From the NCBI GenBank assembly GCA_964016885.1, contig OZ024750.1:29264001-29328000 (forward strand): DNA of 64,000 bases, read 5' to 3'. The DNA is from Eledone cirrhosa (Eukaryota). Positions 41,101-52,479 of the stretch are shown in pieces. Position 1 is the first letter of the stretch. Each line of letters begins with the position of its first letter. The notes below the pieces were generated by a model. The model ran no database searches. It saw only the letters and a program-made list of their open reading frames with translations, and was not told the origin of the DNA. The position numbers were made by a program, and so were the translations under genes.

Positions 41101-44100
41101 CACAATATATGATGTTGGCCAATACAGTTTGGCACCAGTGATGTCACAACTCATTTCTATAGCTGAGTGAACTTAGAGTGATGTGAAAAAATAAAGTGTT
41201 TACTCAAGGATGCAACACATCACTTGGCTGGGAATTGATTTGACAACCACCTCATGATTATGAGCTCCACACTCTAACCACTGAGCTACACACCTTCAAT
41301 ATAAACTGGTAAAGTCACCTAATTTATATTACAATAACTGCACATTCTTTTTTGTCTGTCACATGAACACTATAATCTGTCAAAAACATTATCAAAGAAT
41401 GTCTTGCTAATGTAATTTCATGTGGTATTTCAAGGCCTAAAGCTAGTAGGGAGTTTGTTGATTAAGATCTGACTGTTACATTAAACATAACATCTCTTTT
41501 ACTGGTCTTATAACATACCCTCTCCCTTACTGGTCCTATAACATACCATCTCCCTTACTGGCCCCATAACATACCATCTCCCTTCCTGGTACTATAACAG
41601 AGTAATTTTCATCAGTTTTCATTCTAATCATCATCATTTTTATGCTTGCTTTTCCATGCTTGCATGGGTTGGAAGGGTCCTATTCAGCACATCATCTCTC
41701 CACATGTCACGTTCCTTCTTAACTAAAAATATGTGCCACTAGAGTGATTAGGGTTAGCAAGGCAACCCTCATGTAAAAACTACTGTCTACATTAGCTATA
41801 TTCAAATAGGTAATTTTACATAAGCATGCTTACTTACTTCATTCAAGTTCAGTGATGTAAAAACAAGACAAAACAATAAATTCTCCCTTCCAAATCTGAT
41901 GGTCAAAGACACAAGAAAAGATTTCTTCTTTCCATATCTGATGGTCAAAGACACAAGAAAAGATTTCTCCCTTCCAAATCTGACAGTCAAAGACACAAGA
42001 ATAGATTTCTCCCGTCCAAATCTGATAGTCAAAGACACAAGAAAATATTTCTCCCTTCCAAATCTGACAGTCAAAGACACAAGAAAATATTTCTCCCTTC
42101 CTAATCTGACAGTCAAAGACACAAGAATAGATTTCTCCCTTTCATATCTGATGGTCAAAGACACAAGAAAAGATAAGAAAAGAATGAATTTAAAATATTT
42201 ACCAGGCTATTTTGAGTATTCAATTTTGTCAAACTTTGTTTAGGATTTTGAAGATCATCAATATTTATGGAAAAAGAACTGGCATAAACAGTTTCTGAAG
42301 AATTCTGGTTTTTTAATGAGAAATATAACTGGTCATAACTATGTCACATCATAAATATAACTGGTCATAACTATATATAACTAATCATAACAATGTATCA
42401 TATCATATATAACTGGTCATAACTATATACCATGTCATAAATAACTGGTCATACCTACAGACTGCTTCATAAATAACTCGTCATAACTATAGACCATGTC
42501 TTAAATAACTGGTCATAACTACAGACCACTTCATAAATAACTGGTCATAACTACAGACCACTTCATAAATAACTGGTCACAACTACAGACCACTTCATAA
42601 ATAACTGGTCACAACTACAGACCACTTCATAAATAACTGGTCATAACTACAGACCACTTCATAAATAACTGGTCACAACTACAGACCACTTCATAAATAA
42701 CTGGTCACAACTACAGACCACTTCATAAATAACTGGTCATAACTACAGACCACTTCATAAATAACCGGTCATAACTACAGACCACTTCATAAATAACTGG
42801 TCATAACTACAGACCACTTCATAAATAACCGGTCATAACTACAGACCACTTCATAAATAACTGGTCATAACTACAGACCACTTCATAAATAACCGGTCAT
42901 AACTACAGATCACTTCATAAATAACTGGTCATAACTACAGACCACTTCATAAATAACCGGTCATAACTACAGACCACTTCATAAATAACTGGTCATAACT
43001 ACAGACCACTTCATAAATAACTGGTCACAACTACAGACCACTTCATAAATAACTGGTCATAACTACAGACCACTTCATAAATAACTGGTCACAACTACAG
43101 ACCACTTCATAAATAACTGGTCATAACTATAGACCACTTCATAAATAACTGGTCATAACTACAGACCACTTCATAAATAACCGGTCATAACTACAGACCA
43201 TGTAATAAATAACTCATCATAACTATAGACCATGTAATAAATAGCTGGTCATAACTAGATATCACATCACACACATATTAGAGAGTCAGGGCCTGATGGC
43301 TGAGCTCTTGCTGTTTCAACACCAAACTCTCTAATGTATTTACACTCTATTATCCCAGATATTGAGTACTCTGCTGAATAATGTTCTGGAGCTCAAATTC
43401 TGTCAATACCTCACCACCACCTCAAAGCATTGGATGACTCAAGAAGAAGATTAACCCTTTAGTTACCAACCTGGCTAAAACTAGTTCTGGCTCTATAAAA
43501 TAAAATCACCCATTTGAAAGGTTTCCAATTTAACGAAAATTAAAATCTTCCAACACAATTTTACATAAAGACCTTACATTTAGTTACCAACCTGACTAAA
43601 ACTGGTTCTGGTTCTATGAAATAAAGTCATCCATTTTAAAGGTTTCCAATTTAAATTAAAATCTTCCAGCACAATTTTACATAAGGAATTTACATTAACC
43701 CTTTAGTGTTCAAACCGGCCAGAATTCTCTACCTCGTTCTGCTGAAACTGGCTGTAACAGGTCACTCAAACTGATGTTAAGGTATTGTTCTCAAAATAAA
43801 TACTTTCAAAATCTCAGATTCGATATTATGAGAGATAATTATGTGAGGTAAAGCCTTTACCATGAAAATATAATAGTATATATATAAAATAATTGTTTCT
43901 ACTTTTGGCACAAGGCCAGCAATTACCCAGTGTATTACTGGTACTTTATTTTATCGACCCCGTAAGGATGAAAGGCAAAGTTAACCTCGGTGGGATTTGA
44001 GGTTAACTTTGCCTTTCATCCTTACGGGGTCGATAAAATAAAGTACCAGTAATACACTGGGTAATTGCTGGCCTTGTGCCAAAAGTAGAAACAATTATTT

Positions 44101-47100
44101 TATATATATACTATTATATTTTCATGGTAAAGGCTTTACCTCACATAATTATCTCTCATAATATCGAATCTGAGATTTTGAAAGTATTTATTTTGAGAAC
44201 AATACCTTAACATCAGTTTGAGTGACCTGTTACAGCCAGTTTGAACAGAAAGAGGTAGAGAATTCTGGCCGGTTTTGGCCGGTTTGAACACTAAAGGGTT
44301 AATGTAAGTTCCTTATGTAAAATTGTGTTCGAAGATTTTAATTTAAATTGGAAACCTTTAAAATGGATGACTTTATTTCATAGAACCGGAACCAGTTTTA
44401 TGAATGCTAAAGGGTTAAGTTATCATCTTAGTGATGAAATGATTAATAATTTTAGTAAATCCCTCGAAATTCTTCATTAATCAATTGAAACAAAGCGCTT
44501 TTCATTAGAAATGTGGTTATGAAAGGGTTAAGGTGGTGATCAAAGCTGCAAGAAAGAATTAGAAAAAAAAGAAAATGTAATTTTTACCTGAGAATTTATC
44601 TTCTGAATTCCATAATCTGTGGTACTTAGGTTGGAATTTAGGGGTGTTTTTGAAAAGGAGCTGACAGTATCACATTCACTTGCAGGCTTTGCGGGCTGTG
44701 GTGACTTTAATGAGAAATATTAATTATAACAGTATACCATTTTATAAATAACTGGTCATGACTTTATTTCACACACACACACATTATATATATATGTGCG
44801 TGTGTGTCTCTGTGTGTGTGTCTGTGTGTGTGTCTATGCTAGTGTGGAAGATGGACGTTAAACGATGATGATGATGATGATACATTATATACACAGACAT
44901 TACACACATGTTATATAGACAGACAGAGGGAGATAGATAACTTTCTATTGATTTGCCACCAGGGCATCAAAGATTGGGACAAATACAAGGGAGGGGGGGG
45001 GGGAGTTTACATACATTTCAAATGACGTGTAAAAACATATAACAAATCAAATTCAACAATCAAAGTCCTCAATAGGGAAGGGGTGTTGACGTGGGTTGCA
45101 CACACCCCCGAAAAAAATGTGCAACCCTCCTCCTCAGGAGCACAAAGAGTGGGTGCTCCCTTCTTCTCCTCTCTCACCTACAGGCTGATATAGTGAGAAG
45201 GCCCATTCACTTGGGCCATTCTCGCCACTTTCACCCACCTTTCATAAAACTTGCTGGGGTAGAGCACCTCTCTCCCCATTCTGATCCTTCTTCTAAAATG
45301 GTACTTGAAAAAAAGGACCAGTTGTTGGCCAGAGAGAAAAGTGTATGACCTCAGCCCTTTCAACCTCATCCACCATACAACCTCTTTCGCTATAGCTATC
45401 ACACAGAGGAAAACCGCCTCTCCTTCGTTTTTAAAGGGGGGAGGCGGTTTGATTGTGACAATGTACTCGGTGGTCAACCGGATTGGTCCCACCCGCGACA
45501 GTAGTTGTTCCACATAGCCCCACAAGTCAGCAACGCCCGGGCAGTGTATGAATGCGTGCACGACGGTTTCCTCGTCACGCATGCATCTTGGACAGATCTT
45601 CTTCATGGGGTCCCTAACCGGGCGCCCGTGTCTGTAGAGCTTGTCCCGAATGGGTAGAGCTCCTCGGTAACATTGCCAAGCCAGGGACTTTTGGAAGTTG
45701 TCCATCGGTCCCGGCCAAACGTCCTACCGAACAGACTGGCTAGCTTGTCTTTCTCCATGCCCAGAGCCTCTCCGAGAGCGTTGTCGCACTTGCTGCGCAC
45801 CAACCCTCTATAGAATGTTGAGGTTGAGTCTCCACTGATTGAGGGATCCGCTTGCCAGAGGACCGTGAGCACCTGGGCACATTCAATGTGCCAGTCACCC
45901 ATTTTTCTCGGTCTTTGCTTGACCCAGGATTGCAGCTCGGTGAGTGAGACAAGTCTCGGAAAGGCTCGCCTCACAAAAGGGGCCCACACCGGCTGACCAG
46001 TGAGGAATACTTGGAGGTGCCGTAGCCTTAATGCGTGTCTACGCATCATCAGCCACGGCATCCCCAGCCCTCCGTTCGAAGGGTGTTGACAGCAGATGGA
46101 TCTTCTCACCCTCGAGCAGGTGTTGCTGCTGTGCATTGCAGCAATCCAGCCCCTGAAAACAGGTCCGAAGCCTGCCGCCGCGAGCACCGCATCCAGGTAT
46201 CGATGGTCAACCCTATCGAACGCCTTATATTGATCCAAGTTGATCAGGGCCCCACCAAAGCTGGGTTCGTTCCCTACCCTCTCTACGATGTATCGCATGA
46301 GGTGGAGGTTGTCGTGTATGGACCTGGACGGGATTGCGCATGTCTAAGCTTCTCCCACCAGGTTCCCGACGACAAGCGCCAACCTCTTCGCTAACACCTT
46401 GGCCAAAATCTTTAACTCTGTGTTTAGCAGAGTTATGAGCCTGAAGTTATCTATGTCATCCCCCTTGTTCTCGTCCTTCCTCACCAACGTGACTACGCCC
46501 TTGGTCACAGAACTGGGACTGGGAATTCTCCCGTTCTGTTGCCAGCTGCAGTAGACCGCCTCGGGGAGATCGGAGAACAAGTTCGGCATCGCTACATAAA
46601 GTTCGTATGGTAGACCATCGAGACCGGGAGATTTGCGTTTGCCACATTGGCTCAGCACTTCCCCTATTTCAGTGGCTGAAATCGGTCTTTCGCAGGACTT
46701 CGCCTCCCCGTCCGAGAGCCGCGGCAGACCGTCGTGTTATGGACCAAAATCCATGGCCTCACCCGGCCCGCCACCCCTCCCGAACAGTTGTGCAAAGCGC
46801 CGTTGAAAGGCCGCGCACATCCGCTCAGGTTCAAGGATCACGCGTCCATCCTGGTCCTTCAAAGACCGAATCGTGGACTTGTTTCCACTTTTTGCCTCTG
46901 TCACTCAGGCCCAGCTAACAGCTTTGGCTCCCTCGTTACCCAGAACACATATTTTACTCCTGACAACGCAGCCCTCGTGCTTCACGTCAAAGAACCGGTC
47001 TAGGGCCATTCTTGACGCCAGCACGCCGGCCACGTTGCCACTCCTAATCGCCTCTTCTACTCTATCTATCAATTCCCTTTCAGTTCTACTCCTATCTGAT

Positions 47101-50100
47101 GCTAATTCCTGACTAAAACCTATCGATTCTATTCTCTCTCTTGAGAGAGCCCCACCACCTGTTGTTGACAATTTCCCCCGTCAACCGCTGCTTAATGAGA
47201 GTGCTAATCTGCTTACTGTAAGCTTTGTTTGTCGGTAAGGACAAGTTTAGCTTCCATTAACCAGGTCCTTGTCTATGGGTTCTATCAAGGTTGACCACTC
47301 CGGTCACCAACTTGTGATCTGAATAGTCAACCATGAACATTCGTGGACAGCTTAATATGTCCCTATCCTTATTTCTAACTAGGAACCTATCTAGGTACGA
47401 CCTAGATGTTCCGCTGCGATTAGTCCACGTCCACAGTGGCACAGTCGGAAAATCTAGTCGATAACTATCGGCCAGATCAAATCGGCTGATTAACCGTTTG
47501 AGGCTGTTACACCCCACTCTATCGGGACATGCCCCTACATAGTCCCAACGTGCATCCAGGGTACCATTCCAGTCCCCCACTAAAAGGAAGGAGCGAGACG
47601 TTCCCAGAAAAGTCTCTAGGCGCTGGAAGAAGTCTAGTCGCGGTGTCCTAGATGGGGCATACGTTGCCACTGCCGACGTCTAGAACCACCAGTTGGCCCT
47701 CCGGGTCCAGGTGTACCTTCCGTGTTGCGAGGCCCAGGTGTTTTCGCAGCAGAACGACCACCCCGCCCCCACCCCCCGGCTGACAGAGAGATGCATAGAT
47801 CTCAAAGTCGTCAAAGATGGGGGCCAGTTGGTGCTCGCTGCTGATCCTGGACTCGCAAATAGCTATCACATCCATTCTGTGCGACCTAGGGTCATTTAAG
47901 AGTTTTCCCTGCTTCCAGGACATCCCCAGGCCGCGCACATTTAAACATCCAACTCTTATAACAGCCTTGTTGGTGGTGAAGAGTTTAGAGTGGAGAAAAA
48001 GGAAAAGACACCTACCTGGCCTTCTCCTGGGGACCAGGCTGCACAATTTCCATGGTGGTGTCAGCAGGTTTGTTTGGTGGGGTGGTGGTTTGGGATGTGG
48101 TGGGGTGGGAGTGTTTGGTGGGGGAGAAACATTTCAAGAGGACGCGGTTGTTAGGTCTAGTACAGGGGTTCCCCACGTCCTCGGGAAAGTTCTGTTTGAG
48201 CATTACGTAGGTGTCCCTTGGGACCCGAATCATTTTTAAATGCGGTTTAGTCGCCGCGTCGGTGAACATTTTCCCTTCGGTTTCCCTATTGTTTGCATAA
48301 GTGTTTTGTTGTTTGTGTTGATGTATGTAAACTGTTTTTGTTGTGTTGTGTTTGTTTTTGTTTGTTGTTCTTGTGTGTGTTTGCGTTTTGTAGTATGTGT
48401 TATGTTTTCGGGAGGGATGGGTTTTTTGTTTGTGATGTTTGTTCTGTTTGTGCTGGTGGTTGTGTGTTTGTTGCATTTTTGTTAATGTGGTGCCTTCTTT
48501 TCTTTCTTTTTACAGGTTGAAAGGGTTCTTCCTCGTCGTCACTGGGTGACGTTGATAAGGGGTCCTCGTCTGTGTTGTTGGGGAAGGAATATATGTTGGG
48601 GTTTTGTTGTGGTTGCTTTTGTATTTGTTTTAGGTGGGAAGGGGTTGGGTGGACAGTGTCTTATGTTGTTATTTTTTCGTGTTGTTGTTGTAGTGGTGGT
48701 TGTGTGTGGGGTGGGCAGAAGCGTCTTTTTTTTTGGGGGGGGGGCATTTAAAAGGGGACAGGAAGCCCTCAGGTGACCACTTCTTGAACAGTGGTAACAT
48801 GAAGGCCGCCTGCCCTCAACAGAAATGTTTATGAAGGCGACTCCATCCAGGGACACACGCTGCAGTATTCTTGCTATCCGTTCTGGTCTCATTTAGACCA
48901 GAACTTCAAGGCTATTGCCGCCAAATACGCCCCCGGTGGATTCACCTATCGAAAGGATTGTATCCTCATCTTCTAAGAATCCCGTTAGCACCCACCAAAT
49001 GCTCGCATTTGGCCTGATGCCCGAGATTCTTATTTTTTGAGTTCTTTTCCCCAAATATGTGGGGAAAAAGGTGTATGCTTTGGATACAGTTGGCGACAGA
49101 ATATTTCCGTGCCGCCAATTCATCTTGCATTAAAACAGATATGCTTCCATACAGTTTCCCTTTCTGTATGAAAGCGATATCCTTCCAGGCACTACTTAGG
49201 ACCAGCTCAATTTCGCTTTGGGACAATTGAGCCGGTTTCCTAGTCGTTTTCGAAACTGTCCTAAAGGTTACAGTCCTGAGGACTGTGTCCCTTCTAATTT
49301 CTTCGGGGGAGGTAATTACGAATTCGCCACCTTCCCCGGAAGTTACACAATTCCTTGCTTCTTTCAGCAATTTCTTGGCATTCGAAATGTCCAGTGCCTT
49401 GTATGTCTGCGTTTCTTGAACCGCCTGTGTGAAGGAGACTGCAGCTGTGGGTCCGTTTTCTTTCGTGTTGTTATCATTTTTGTTGTTGTTATTCGTGTTG
49501 GCTTGCTTTTTTCCTTTGTTGGTGTTGTCATTATTGCTGTTGTTGGTTGTGTTGTTATTGTCATTGTTGCCGTTGTTGGTTGTGTTGTTATTGTCATTGT
49601 TGTTCTTGTTTGTGTAATTGTTACTTTAGGGGTTTTCACCCATTTCCACAATTTTTTCTTTTGATTCCGTGGTGTCTTTTGCGGGAGTGAGGAGGGAAGG
49701 CTTACAGCGTTGTGCTGCTACCTTCTCTCTATCACTTTCCTTGGGGGGGCGTGGCATGCATCGTATTAATGGCGTCCATTGTCACTAAACGACTTTTTAT
49801 CGACAACTTATAACTATTAAATTTCACCCCAAAAAGGGGCAAAATTTATTTTACCCAACGTCTGCAGGCCCAGGCAAAGGGTTAAACACAACAAATAACA
49901 AATTACTTAAACAAACCTACCGCTTCTCGTAATAAATTCCGACAAAATGCAGGAGTGAAACAAAAACACGTCTATCTTCTCCGAGATAGATAGATAGATA
50001 GGTAGAGAGAGAGAGAAGAGAGGGAGAAGGAAAGAGAAGGAGAGAAAAGCAGAGAAAAGGAGAGAGAAAGAGAGATTGGTTCATAATTTTAGTCAATGTT

Positions 50101-51945
50101 TCTGGATGAATGAAAACATTAAAACATTTCAGAACATTTACTGTTACCCCAGCCCTTTCTCTGACATTTGTGTTTCACGAATTCTAAATATAAATTATAG
50201 AACAGTTTTGACCTAGTGCAGTGTCCATGTGACAGACAGACAAAAAGGCTGCACAGTTGTTATAATATAGATTTACTTTTTGAAGAAGACAGTTTTGTAA
50301 GCATTTGACATGTTATGCAAATTTCAAGTTTATTTAAAATTTTATCAGATAAAAAGCCTGGATGAACTGAGAGAAAAAGTAGGTCTAAGAGGAATCAGAA
50401 GTAGTGTGCAATAGAGAAGACTGTACTAGTATGGACATGTGATATGTATGGATGATGACCATTAGGTGAAGAAGTGCCAAGAAATCCCAGTGGAAGGAAA
50501 CCACAATAGAAAAAGACCATGAAAGACTTGGGCTGAGATGGTGAAAGCTCATCTCAAATTGCTGAAGGTCACACAATAAGTGACGAAAGACTGCGATGTT
50601 AAGAATTAAAACCTGTTTGTGGCCTTCAATGAGATATTCTGTTGTCAGAAGTAACTTCATGTTAACACAGTAAATATAAGATAGAGTCATTAGATCTTTA
50701 AATAAGAATCAAAAGTTAACACCATATAGTGATTTTAATGTCAACTATTTTCACGAAGTTGCCATTGTTAAGTGAAGCTAAGAACATAGAAAAAAACAAT
50801 ATTCTTTCTATACTAAATATATTTCTAGGATAAAATTACATAAAAATAATAAAGAATTTAATAAATAGTTAAACATAGAAAAAAAAGTAGCATAAGGAAA
50901 GACTATAAATGCTATAATTGAGAGGAAAAGGAAGGAAAGGGGGAAGGATTGCCAGGCAACAAAAGAAAAGGGGAAGGATTGTTAGGCAACTAAAGAAAGA
51001 GGGAAGGATTGTTAGGTAATGAAAGAAAAGAGGGGTGGGTTGTTAGGTAACGAAAGAAAGGAGGAAGGGTTGTTAGGTAACGAAAGAAAGGAGGAAGGAT
51101 TGTTAGGTAACGAAAAGGAGGGAAGGCGAGAGGGTGACAGACTCTACACCTAAGTTATAGCGGTGTTTCAGTTGTGCCTCACTGACAAAATGGCAAAGGC
51201 ATTTCCGCGGACAATGGCCAGCAACACTCACTGCAACAGCCACCCCACCTCACAGGGCTCTTTCCTCCAATGGGCTGATGTCATTCCAATTTTACGGAGG
51301 AGGTCAGTTGTATGGGATTCGAGGACACCTGAGGTCTCTACTGTAACCAGTGCAAAGAGACTATTCACGAAAGTGTTCTTTTTCTTCTTTGCCCACTTAT
51401 TCCTAAGAGGGTTATGGGAGTAGAATCTTCAAACACTCTTTCCAGAGTGTCCTGTCAAAAGCAGCCGTTTTCAATTGATCTGGCTGGATCCCCAAATGAA
51501 ACAAGCCAAGCCCATGAATGTTATCTAACCATCTTGTTCAGGGTCTAGCCCTGGGTCTCCTGCCATTTGGTTCTGCCCATAAAATCTTGTTGGAATTCTA
51601 AATTTTATCAATTTATGGGTTTATCAAGAACTGTAACAAATAAAGAGGAAACAAGGTATTTTGGTAAATTCTTAACGGAATGTTCACGTTATATAAATCT
51701 CCTCTTCTTTTCTGCTGATATTTGGCACTGGTTTTACATAGAACATATTTATTAATTTGAACATTTGTGACATTTGAGAACACTGACCTTTACTACAGGG
51801 AAGAATGGGGGTCAAAGGACATTGAAAGAATATATGCTAATTACATGGGTTTACATATTTGTTTTATTATTTAACAAAGAATATTCTTTCATTTTTTTTT
51901 TTTTTTTTTTTGGCATTACAAGAATTTTTACAGAAAGTAAAGGTT

Positions 51946-51979
<34 letters not shown>

Positions 51980-52446
51980 CTATCATTATCACAGTCATCG
52001 TCAGTGTAATCATACAAGAGAGAAATTATTAGAAGGCAAAATACTGAACAAAACAGTTTCTAAACTCGTTATTATTCTTAGATTTCATTTCATAATAAAA
52101 CTTCTTCTTCTACGCCTCCTTCTCCTCCTCTTCGCCTAAGGATGAAAGGCAAAGCTAACCTCGGTGGGATTGAACTCAAAACATAAAGGGCCGTAACTAT
52201 GCCACAAAGCATGTTGCCTGACGCTCTACCGATATTGCCAATCCACTGTAACTATTTTATCTTTTTTATATTGACTAATTCACCTTCCCTGCTGAACCTT
52301 TGAACCCATAACACTTTCCCAACCCAGTAAAGCCTGGCACACCCGTAAATGTCAGACACCACCCACCTCAGCATGCGACAATCATCTAACCCATGCAAGC
52401 AGACATTAAACAGTGATGTTGATGATGATTGTTGTGATGATGGTGT

Positions 52447-52479
<33 letters not shown>

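Noticed and set aside
50600-50640. Acceptor-like AATATCTCATTGAAG resembling the four paralogous exons
   Set aside because: An in-frame stop follows within six codons and an RTE fragment interrupts it; at most a dead fifth copy.
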